Shown in pieces: positions 52,155 through 64,000 of a DNA stretch of 64,000 nt. Origin of the DNA: Eledone cirrhosa (lineage: Eukaryota); the NCBI GenBank assembly GCA_964016885.1, contig OZ024742.1:310496001-310560000 (forward strand), in the 5' to 3' direction. Numbering within the stretch: position 1 is the stretch's first letter; every line of letters starts with the position of its first letter. The notes beneath the pieces were generated by a model, which did no database searches, was not told the origin of the DNA, and saw nothing but the letters and a program-made list of their open reading frames with translations. The translations under genes were made by a program, and so were the position numbers.

Positions 52155-52454
52155 TTTATGTATTTTCTGTTACTTGGAATTTCCATTATGGTTGTACAAA
52201 TTATTGTAAAGTTTGTTAAAAGATTTGTTCTCTGTTCAGCCTTATTGTAACTATCAATTTATTTTAACATACTGGCTGCTGAACTGGGGAATCCTAAAAC
52301 TATTCAAACCCAACATCAGAGCAAATTAACCCCACACCCACCCCTCTCTGACTTGAGAGGGCGTGCGGTATCTTTGCACTGGAGTGGAGGGAGGATTCCT
52401 GAAAAGATAAAATTCCGGTATACCTAGCCGGCCGCCAGCCGGACGGGTCACTAG

Positions 52455-52537
<83 letters not shown>

Positions 52538-52686
52538 TTGTGTTTGTGTGTGGCACCGACAAATACCTGAGTATTCGAAATAGTTTGTGGACACAAATTT
52601 GCGCATCCTCACCGTCAGGAAGACAGTGAACCTGGAAAGGACCAGCTTTTGTAACCGACGATGCTATTGATCACAAAATGCGATAT

Positions 52687-53380
52687 TCATATATTACTAA
52701 AAGTCTGTGATTGCTTGCTTGCTTGCTTGTCTGTAATGTAATACAGCCAAAAGGGCGCATAATGGGAAAATACTTTGAAAGGGAGTTGGCCCTGAAATGG
52801 GGATACAAATGGAAGTTTCGCGAAATTCGGAGCAAGGGTTCCTGAGATATGGGTTTTTTCCGGGTGCCTTCATAAACAGAGAGGGGGGGGAGATAGAGAG
52901 AAAGAGATAGTGCTTGTGAGAGAGTAGATTGAAAGAGAGACATAGAGAGATGGAGAGGAGACAGAAAAGGAGAATGGAAGAGAGAGAACTGGTGGTGGTG
53001 TTGTGTATATATATATATGTGTGTGTATATATATACATATACAGTGTGTCTATGACCAGTGTATATAGATCACAGACACCCACATATACACACACATACA
53101 CATATATATATATGTGTGTGTATATACACACACACACACATTTATATATATACATACACACACGTATATTTATATATATATATATATGTGTGTGTGTATG
53201 TGTGTGTGTGTGTGTGTGTGTACATATATAAATATATATATATATGGGCCTTCCAGTTCCATTTCACATTATATACATGTCTGTGTATATTTTAATTATT
53301 TAAAAATTATTTATAAGTGAACATAATTTTTTTTTTATATTTTGAAGTGAACGTGACCCAACGGGTCACGGGGGGTCTAG
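52687..53380 (+). mobile_element. Non-autonomous Helitron, family H2
   Basis: 5' TC, 3' hairpin CGTGACCC-AAC-GGGTCACG then CTAG-T; second copy at 60480-61085. Confidence 0.8.
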
Positions 53381-55961
53381 TATTGTATAAAATTAAAATC
53401 ATTTATTGCATGGCGACAGTCTGTTAAATGGTAAAATACTTTACGGTTTTCAATACTTCACTGAAATAAACTTATTTGATTGTTTATATATATATATTTC
53501 AAATCCTTACATAGATTTAAATTATTTTCTATAATTTTTACACTGTAATAATATTCTATAACTTTTACAATGCTGTTTTATAAAAATATTATTATCCTAA
53601 TAAGGATATTTTAAGAGACACGTTAATTTATTTTAGTAGATTAGAGGGGGTAAAGACATCTTCTTAGGCGCAGAAGGTTATATAGTATGGTTTGCATTAT
53701 TCGTTAAGTTTGTCCGCACTTTGAGTTCAAAACCCTTTCTAGGTCGACAAGGAAGTACCAGTCCCGTATTGAGGTCGAATCTTCCTCTTTATCTCTTTCT
53801 CACTTCTCTGTGAATAAATTATCTGTGTTCAGACCTGGAAAGAGGATGCGTTCCCTTAAATTGAATGTGGTTAAGGTACGCTGTATATCACTACAACGTC
53901 CATACGACTCCATCAGGTATTACGGGTCAATGCAAATATTAATTTACAACTTCGTACAAAAATTGCTCATCAAGACCGTTTGACTGCAGTAACATACAGT
54001 AACAATCTTCCTTCGCCTATTACAGATTTCACTGTGGTCCAATGGCTGTTTGATTTGCCCCGACTACCGTTGGGATTTGAATAGATAAGCGGAATTTGAA
54101 TTGATAACTCTCAATATCAGGAGAGAACTGCAAAGTATCTCGCATGATGCTCTAAAACACCAGCCAGTTAACCATCAACGATTGGTGCTCTAATTTATCG
54201 ACAGCCAATGGATAAAAGACAGTTATCATTTTGTATTCGTATAAACTCGTAGCTGCTGATGGAGACGTAGAAATAGTAGTGACATGCAGCGTGTACTAGG
54301 CAATTTAAACTTGGCAAACCGTACCTCTTCAGGTCTAAATACTGCCGATTTCTTCCTGGGGAGAGAGAGGGGAGAAAGAGAACTGTCCCCAGTATGGAAT
54401 GGTATATTATTATTAACATCGAATTGATGAAACACAAAATTGCCCACAACAGCCAGAGAGACAGAACGAATATCACAAAGGATTATATTTGACATTCTAA
54501 CGGCTCTACCAATTCGCCGCCTTACAGTTATCATCATTATTGTTAATTTAATCGACTTTCCCCTCCCACAAAATTACTGGCCTTGTGCCTATACTTGAAA
54601 TCATTATTATTATTAATTTAATCGATTTTCCCTTCCCGCTTCAAATTGATGGCCTTGTGCCTAAAGCAGAAGCAGTTATTAATTTAAGTAATTTAACAGT
54701 ATTAAACATATCAAATAAAAAGTACGATATAGACATATTAGGTTTTAGTGTTTAGTCCCCCGCCTCCCACCAGATCAATGCTAACCAAACAGATCAAAGG
54801 CTGTACAATCGTCTCTAATCTTTTCTGTTTAAAATATGGTATATTTTAAACTGTTATCTATAGCATCACTTCTATTTTAAGACAAGATTCTGTGATAAGA
54901 GGAAAGTATATTTGCTATTTTTAGCAGGTGGAGCGATTGCATAGAGCTTCCTTCTTTGGCTTATAAAAACTGACCAATGTGTGATAGATTTATATTGGAT
55001 AATGTTGGCAGTCTAATCGAATTGCAGCCTATTTCCCTGAGACGTCACAACTCTTCTCTATATTTAGAGAATGTAATAATTCATGTGGTCTCACAGCGTA
55101 AACGTAGCCAGTTTTAAGAGAAAGGATGAGGTGAATCGGATTCAGTATTTGACTGGTACTTTATTTATTGACCCTAGAAGTCTGAAAGATAAAGTTTATT
55201 CCGGGCAGATTTGAAGTCAGAACGCTGAAAATCGGATAAACATTGTACGGTTTTGTATTTGACACCCTAACGACAATATAGTGAGATAAAGGTCAGTGAT
55301 ATGTTAATCCCAATTGTTTCTATAGTATATGTCAATAAAATGCAGGGATTCTAGTCAATCAGTTATTGATATCGATCTCTGAAATGTGACCGCATTATCT
55401 AAGAAAGAAATGAAATAAAAACCAAACGAGAAAAACATATTCAGTCAAGTGTACGAGATTTGTTACTGTAGGAATATCAATGGCAATGTTATTAACGTTT
55501 ACGCGGCGAGAAGTTGGGATTATATTTCCTCGTATTTTTAACCTAGTCAAAACAAAAAGATCTTTTATTACTAAACAGTCTTTTTTTCTTTATTGTTCCT
55601 ATTAGTCTTGATACTTTAGAACTTTGACATCCTGATTAATTTCAACCATTACAGTCACACTACTGCCTCGGTTAAGCTGTATCTAAGTGAACCTCATCAG
55701 TTATACTAAAAACAATCATATATGTTTAAACATAAATTATCCTAAAAATAGACTGTTATTTATTCACATAATATATCTATTATTTTTCTATTAAATTTAC
55801 GAGTCAAAGCACAAGTGGTCCTGTTGTGTCTTCTGACAAAGATATTTTTTGCCAACTGTGCTAACAATATTTCCAGTCTTTCAAATTATTATAGATGACA
55901 AAACCCTTGTTTAGATAATTTGGGAATAATTTAAACGAAATGATAATGAGGATGATGATAA

Positions 55962-56210
55962 TAATCGCTTCTGATTTAGGCACAATGCCAACAATTCTGG
56001 GGGAGGGGACAGTCGATTAAATGGACCCCAGTGCATTATTAGTGCTTTATTTTATCGACACCATAAGGATGAAAAGCAAAGCTACCCTCGGCGGGATTTG
56101 AAATCAAAACGTCAAGGGCCGCACACCATGTTGTCCAACGTTCTACCGATACTGCCAATCTAATAATAATAATAATCGTTTCTACTTTTGGCACAAGGCC
56201 AGCAATTATG
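55962..56210 (-). mobile_element. SINE-A plus a second 3' fragment
   Basis: Body and tail matches separated by (TAA)n. Confidence 0.8.
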
Positions 56211-56525
56211 CACAAAACGAACAATTTGTACATGACTTGTACTCTACCTTATCAACCCGGGAAGGAGGAATGGCAAAGTTGACTTCGGCAGAATTCGAAT
56301 CAAGAATGGAAAAGGCGACGTGCTTACTCGATATGCAAAAGATAGGAGGTCACTCTCTTTTAATCCCACTATACCGTCTTAAAGAAAGAAGAATGCTTCC
56401 GAAAAATACGGCGAGTATCTTATGGCCATAATTGCTATGATAATACCTCTGTTTGACCAGGACTGGCTTGGGGTGACATCAACAACAAAATAGCAACAAT
56501 AGATAGGAAAAACACGGTGATCTAA

Positions 56526-56612
56526 GCAACCACAGCAACAACAGCAGCAGCAGCAACGGCAGCAACAACGACAGCAGCAGCAGCAGCAACGGCAGCAACA
56601 GCAATAGCAGCT
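56526..56612. repeat. (CAG/CAA)n
   Basis: Direct reading. Confidence 0.9.
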
Positions 56613-58795
56613 GTATGTCTGCAGTATAAACAAGTGAGTTGTTTGCTTTCAATGCTGAACTTGATTTAATTTATAATAATAACTTTGAAAATAATGTTTG
56701 CTGTCACACTAACTTCTTCAGCATATATTGCATAAAGATAACAACTTCAATAGTGTTCCATATACTTTATTGGGTTACGGGGTAATTACTCTACACTGTT
56801 TGAGTATGTTGTATAAATTTTCTCAGCCTCATTAACAACTCTCACTGTTAGCTTAACGAAATCATGCATTTAATTTTCATTCGCAAATTACTTAATTATT
56901 TAGTGATATAATGTTACTTTTTCTTACTTAAGTTTCAAATACATATTCCTCTACCTCCGCACAATTTATAAAGACCGTGACAAATTCTAAACCGTAATAA
57001 TTTTGTAATTATTATTAAGTTTTCTAAATCATTGAATCACTAATCAAATTAGGGTGTGAAAAAGCATCTTTTCTGAAGCGGAGTAATCATATAAATTATG
57101 TATGCAAAACTGCATCATTGCAGGTGTTCCGTTTATTGTCATAAATATAATTTTCATTAAATATAGTATTGGGGAGATTGAGACAGTTAAGAGAAATCTA
57201 AGAGACATTTCGTCTATTTCAACTGTTGTTATCCCATTAAAGATATAGCACTTTAAAGGGGCTAGTTTAGTAGATCAAATAGACTCAGGTTCATAACTGG
57301 TAATTACATAAAGTTAATCTGAGGAATGAATAACTTATTAACCCACATTGATGTTGAGATGAATATATAGTATGTGGACGTAACTATATGTTCTATGTGG
57401 TTAGAAACATCATGATACCCTCTGGTTTTGACTGTTTGCGTTTGCAGTTCAAGTACCCCAATGCTTCCGACGTCAATGAAGTAAATTACCAGTGAAGTGC
57501 TGGGGTCCATGTAATTGACAGATACTGGTATTTTTCAGGTTTCTTCAAGCAAGTGACTACGGTTGAAAATTAATATCGCATACAGATATTCTTAGTGTTT
57601 TATGGCCCGATGAGGGTGGAAATATAATCGGTCATTGCTTTTCTGTGGAAAGCAGCTATTCCAGAAGTCATTGAATCTGACGCGAAGGAAAATAAAAAGA
57701 CACTGCTATCATTAAAACATTACAAAAATACATTTTTTTTTATTTAGAAACAGAATGTAACCTTATTAATGATCTTTCGTTCGTGGCACATATACTCTCA
57801 TCTCTTTTGTTTGATTTTAAGAAAAAAATTATATATCGCAAGTTGTGAAAAGTAGGGTTTTAGTTACAACTTTCCAACGGCTCAATCAGTGTTTCACGAC
57901 ACTTCTAACTGTAAATGTGACAAGAGATTGCCTGTAACTTTGGAGTTTGTTCTCATCCATTTCTGTCAATGTTTACATGTTTCACCGATATACATTGTCG
58001 AAATAAGAGTCTGGAATTATCTATATCATCGACTAGAAGGAATGATAAGAAAAACAGAAAAAACTGTAGATGTTAAACTTTAGTTTTCACAAAACGTGAA
58101 GATATTTCGTATTTTCTAGCCAGATTACGTCCCAATAAGGGTTATGTGTTTGGTCACGTGATATCATTTATCGCCAAGGTTGTCTTGCATGAATTCTTTT
58201 CATTTGGTTTGCGGTAAGTTTACATTTTGAACAAGGTTTTTCATTAAAAAAAGAAAACAGAGATTATTATATGCTTCGACTTCATATAGATATCTGCAAT
58301 AGTTGAGCCAAACAAAAACTTAATTCGGAACCTATAACTGATATAAATATTTTTGTTTGATCAGATGGTCTTTAGCTATTAAAATCTGGTGTCAAACCGT
58401 TTTTTTAACTTTAGATTGGGCGAGACCCTTATTTCCCGGACTCTACTGGTGGACTATATCGCTTATAATAGTGTTTTTTTCTTCTGTGACAGCTAGTACA
58501 TACTATGATATGACTGACATTGGCTCTCTCTTTCTCTCTCTCTAATCGGTACTGAAGTCAACGCGAGTAATTGGCATTATTTTGTCGATTTATGAAGAAT
58601 GAAAGGAAAATTCGACTCTCGGGAGGTTTGGAACGTAGAGCCTAAAAGGATGTGAGATATTTTATCCGACGTTTGTGTCCTTTCTATAAACAATTGCTCT
58701 TTACTTCTATTACACTTACTATTCACAGATATTTACACCTTATCCTCTTATTAAGATAAATTTCTCTGTAAACCTCAATTCAATTTGATTGAAAA

Positions 58796-58863
<68 letters not shown>

Positions 58864-59269
58864 TTATACACACATACGCACATATGCACATGTATAAAAA
58901 TGAAATTCTCGTTAAAGGAAAGATGTTAAAGTACATTGGTTTTTTTAATAAATTTATAGTGATTCCAATATACAACAGCCTTGAACACTTACTTCAAAGC
59001 CGTATAACATTATTCAATATGCTATTGTTGTTATAATGCAATGCAGAAATAATGAATTAGCGCTGACTTACCAACGACTGTAGTAGTAAGTTAACGCTTA
59101 ATATTAGACTTAACACCATAATTTGCCTGATTAAACATTACGTCAAACGCCTAGGGCAGGAAATGTCAAGCCTGAAGATCTCCCCTTATTTAATTGTTTA
59201 TGTGTGTGTGAATGTGTCTGAGTGTGTATACACACACACACACACACATTCATAGACACACACACACAT

Positions 59270-59320
<51 letters not shown>

Positions 59321-59368
59321 TATCTATAGAGAGAGATATGTACATATATATATGTACATATCTCTCTC

Positions 59369-59400
<32 letters not shown>

Positions 59401-59401
<1 letters not shown>

Positions 59402-59952
59402 GGTCAGTTCGTTGGCGACTAAACTGGCAACCCCACCAAGGTTTCTTGGGTGAGGAGGGTGACTTTGGACATCCTGCAGGACTAAAAACAAAACCTGTCA
59501 AAGGGCAAAGGAGCTCTTCAGAGTCAATGGCCATCCAAAATCACCGGGAGAGATGACCCCTTAGCCTTTGTCAAGGCAGAATTCTAGGAGAAGGAAAACT
59601 CTTATATAACACCTGCAACTCTGATGGTATCCAATGATGTTGACTTGTTCTTCTTTTTGGTAAATATCATCTTGGTTAAGAGAGTAGGACTGGCTTTGTG
59701 CAGTGCTTTTGCTCGCTATAAAAGCTTCACGGCACAGGCATTGCTTTATATCTGGAGATCTCTCTGCACTTGTCGTCACATGGTACCATGGGCCCAGCAC
59801 TATGTGTCAATAATTGTCACAAGTGTAGTGTTTGTACCAGAGTTTTCATGTCGCAGGCTGGACTAAAAAGTCACACTTGTTCAGTGCATCGGTAGAGGTT
59901 CTACATGGATATAAAGTAATGGCCATACTCGAAAACGAGTTGGCAGCCACCA
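59401..59952 (+). mobile_element. Bipartite, internally deleted RTE element (5'UTR joined to 3' end)
   Basis: RTE-like 5'UTR motif CTAGGAGAAGGAAAACTCT; terminal zinc finger HKCSVCTRVFMSQAGLKSH; 3'UTR ATGGCCATACTCGAAAACGAG..GCAGCCACCAT; (TA)n on both sides. Confidence 0.65.
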
Positions 59953-60479
59953 TATATATATATATATATATATATACACATGTGTGTGTGTGTGTGTGTG
60001 TGTGTGCATGTGTATAGATATATGTATGTACACATCTATATGTATATATCTACATATATGATATTTATACATACGTGTGTAACACAGAGACTATACACCA
60101 CACACAAACATATGTCTGTGTGTGTGTTTAGGCGAATTGACTGAGTTGTTAGAACGTTGGATAGAAGGTTTTACGGTAGTTGTTCCGGACTCTGGGCTGT
60201 GAGTTTAAATCCCACTGAGGTCAATTTTGCTTTTCATCCTTTCGAAGTCGATAAAAAAGGACCAGTCCAGTACTGGAGTAGATTATCCCTCTTTTATCCT
60301 TCCCACTCTGTCAGTTTCTTTCTTTCTCTGGATATGTTTAGATATGGAGATAATGGGCTCCACCAGATATGTTTTAATGGCAAAGAAATGCCGTCTGTCT
60401 TTATGGCGCCCCTACGACTCCACCAGGAATTACATGTAAAAAAGGGAAAACGTATATATATGTATAATTTTATTATATA

Positions 60480-60667
60480 CTAGACCACCCGTGACCAGTT
60501 GGGTCACGTTCGCTTCAAAATATTTTTTTTAAATCATGTTCACTTAAAAATAATTTTTAAATAATTAAAATATACACAGACATGTATATAATGTGAAATG
60601 AAATTGGAAGGCCCATATATATATATACGTGTGTGTATGTATATATATATATATAAATGTGTGTTTC

Positions 60668-60702
<35 letters not shown>

Positions 60703-61085
60703 ATATATATGTGGGTGTCTGTGATCTATATATACACTGGTCATAGACACACACATACATATGTACACACATATATATATATATACACACACACTCATAT
60801 ATATATATACACAACACCACTAGCTCTCTTTCTTCCATTCTCCTTCTCTGTCTTCTCCATATCTCTCTCTCTCTCTCTCTCTCTCTTTATGAAGGTACCC
60901 GGAAAAACCCCATGTCTCGGGAACCCATGGTCCGATTCACGCGAAACTTATATTCCATTTGTATTTCCATTTTAGGGTCAACTTCCTTTCAAAGTATTTT
61001 CACATTATGCGCCCTTTTGGCTGTATTACATTACAGACAAGCAAGCAAGCAGGCAAGCAATCACAGACTTTCAGTAATATATAGA
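60480..61085 (-). mobile_element. Non-autonomous Helitron H2, inverted second copy
   Basis: Reverse complement of 52687-53380 including hairpin and CTAG. Confidence 0.8.
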
Positions 61086-62104
61086 TAGATATGAGGAGGT
61101 TAATTGTCAGAATAATTGCAACGTCAGATAAAATGTTTTGAGATATTCGTTCCGTCTCTCTGCGCTCGGATCTTAAATACTCCCTTGTTTAACTTTGATT
61201 TTCATCCTTTCGAGGTACTTAGAAGTATAAAATGATAGGTTTATTATTACAAAGATATTTGTGTCATAACTACTGCCGTTTGAATTTCAGTAAGTTTTAT
61301 TGGCTGCTAAGATGTTGCTGGTCTTATTGGTAGACCGGTTGGTGAGCTCGTTTGTGGGATGGATGGGAGAATCTTTAGTGAGCAAGTTAGACGACTGGTT
61401 GGTCAATTGGTGTATCAGTTTCTGAATTGGTTGGTGGGCTGATTGATGTACTACATTTATTGTAAATAGTGTAGAGCTAGTTTTCTGAGTTGTTAATGGG
61501 ATCATTTTGGGGCCGGTTGGTGTGTTGGATAATGAACTGGTTGGTGGGCAGTTTGATTGGCTTGTCGGGTGGTTATTCAGGTGGTTAACGTTTTAGCTGA
61601 GAGGGAAAATAGATTTGCAAGGAGCGAAAGTATAGCAATTGTAAAAAAAATTGAAAAGGTGTAGCGTCCATGGAAGGGACATGGAAGTTGTTGACAGTTG
61701 AGATGTGAGGTTACAGACTACAAATCTACAATGTTAGAGCTGTTGCATATCGTATCACTAGTGGGGCATTGTTGTCTGTGATATTGTCTTATATCAACTC
61801 CCTTGCTCAATCTAACCAGCTTTAAATGGGTTTCCAAATGGCAGAATTGGAAACTAATAGATATTTCTTGAGACTTTACACGCACAAGGCACGTAAGAGT
61901 TTTTCTGGTGTTTGTTAAAGCAGAAGATCAATGTCCATTGACATTTTCAGGGAGGGTGGAAATTTTGGATCAGCTCAGATTATATGAAGTATCTCTTTTA
62001 CTTGCTTACCAGTATTGAAACACACCTAAAGGATGTTTTCGTCTTGGAACAGGCTCAGTTAATTGCAACTTTTCCTTCTCAACATATTTAAAATACATAC
62101 ATAT

Positions 62105-62423
<319 letters not shown>

Positions 62424-62448
62424 TATAATTATATATAGAGAGAGGTAT

Positions 62449-62484
<36 letters not shown>

Positions 62485-62649
62485 GTGTGTGTGAGTGTGT
62501 GTGCACGTTGCGATAATTATCGCAACATACACACACATAATCATTCTCTACAGAATTACAAAGACTCCCAAGCCACTCTTGTCTCCAGAAAGACCGTCGT
62601 TATTTCGTTATAATTCTGTAAATAACGGCGCTATTGTTCACAAATTCAA

Positions 62650-62744
<95 letters not shown>

Positions 62745-63295
62745 AATGAATAATTACATCAATAACATTAAACTTCATTACACTCTATCACACTACACTA
62801 CTACGCTAAGATTTAACGAAAATGCAAACAAATTTAAAACGCTTGCGTTTTGCAATCGCTTAAAGCTGTCATGCTTCCATATTCTATATTCCTTAAAACT
62901 GTTGCAACAACAATAACGACGTCAGCAGCAACGACACAAACACCAACTACAACAGTATCCACATGAAAACACTATAACACCACCAATACAGAAGAAATCT
63001 ATGCAAAAAATATATGCTAATAACTTTAAACTATTTTCATATTATATTTTTTCCGATTCTATTGTTGAGGATAATGTTTCTTGTTTTGTTTAAATACATT
63101 TCGTTATTTCTCGCAGAACAGATGAACTTCACTTCAAAAGTCAACAGTTTATATTATTTGTTTTATTATTTATTATATAAAAGACAAGCGAAAACAAAAT
63201 GTCTTTGCGTGTATAAATATACGAGAATTTATTTTATGAAATGTCATCCAGTATGATATATAAACTCACGTAAGAACTCATGTACTCTAAAGCAC

Positions 63296-63326
<31 letters not shown>

Positions 63327-63569
63327 TACTCACATACAAACATATATATATATACATAGATAAATGCGTACATAAATGTGTGTGTGTGGATGTGTGTGTG
63401 TGTGTGTCTGTGTGTGTCTGTGTGTGAGTGAGTGCGTGTTTGTGTGTGTGTTAAACAAAGAAAATAATTATTTTCATTGTTCAATACATATATATATATA
63501 AATGACTCATAAGGTTCCATCGTGTAGAAGCTTCGATGCGATGGAACCTTAGGAGAGGAAAGACTACTA

Positions 63570-63990
63570 CAAAATTTATAGCTCTCACCACCTCATCTCA
63601 TTTAAACCATCTCTTCATGGCTGCATTAACTTCTAGCAACGGTATTGCCTCCACCATGAACAGGTGAATACTAGTATTTATAATGCATTTTCTTTGGGTT
63701 TTTTCCTAACTTTATTATTACTAATCTGTGACGAACGTGTTCTTCTCCCCCTCCCAATAATTTCAAAGGTTTACATTTGATAACACGATATCTTACTTTC
63801 TTCTTCTTGCCTATTTTTCCTTCCTTCTTCCTTTTCATTTGTACCAGTCTTCCGAGACTTGCGTTATCCACAATAACTTTTCCCTGAGGTCACATAAAAT
63901 TCTATGTGTGCAAGTTATAACTTAATTGCTATAAATTATTTTTTTGTCTTGTCTCTTACACCACGGACAGCGCTTTGGTTTGTGTCGGAC
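63570..63990 (-). mobile_element. Degenerate LINE (RTE-like) endonuclease-end fragment
   Basis: ..KCKPLKLLGGGEEHVRHRLVI resembles the APE C-terminal pattern CKVIxGEExxxQHRLVV. Confidence 0.35.
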
Positions 63991-64000
63991 GCTGCCACAA

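Larger units (their letters stand above)
51222..52454 (+). mobile_element. Non-autonomous Helitron retaining the Pif1 helicase C-terminus; hosts a family A ribozyme insert (51637-51708)
   Basis: 3' GC-rich hairpin then CTAG-T at 52451-52455; 5' end buried in (TA)n. Confidence 0.7.

Noticed and set aside
56379-56633. Poly-Cys / poly-Gln ORF
   Set aside because: (CAG)n microsatellite with stops nearby and no exon evidence
56640-58780. Longest stretch of relatively unique sequence as possible host exons
   Set aside because: No ORF with recognisable similarity; small exons cannot be excluded without RNA-seq

Overview
AT-rich, microsatellite-saturated animal DNA. The SINE and microsatellite content suggests a cephalopod such as octopus (inference). 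No host gene can be supported; nearly all ORFs in the track are microsatellite or antisense artefacts. The window is a dense nest of transposons. Bases 1-8340 hold two 5'-truncated R4/Dong-type RLE retrotransposons, SINE fragments and a full-length but frameshifted Tx1 (L1-clade) element, all joined through (TAA/ATT)n. About 30 copies of a tRNA-head SINE are scattered through the window, plus RTE, CRE, mariner, hAT-like and Helitron relics. Two things stand out. (1) A population of short Penelope-like-element (PLE) derived inserts sits in (TA)n tracts. They carry type I hammerhead ribozymes: six with canonical cores, a multi-copy family with a CAGAAGA core variant, and several decayed ones. 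They often form fold-back palindromes whose turning point lies at or inside the ribozyme, three times essentially at the predicted cleavage site. (2) The dominant SINE shares its 3'-terminal stem-loop (same CUUGU loop, compensatory base-pair swap) and its (ATT)n tail with the Tx1 element, suggesting a Tx1-SINE partnership. Coordinates were read by eye; element edges may be off by a few bases.
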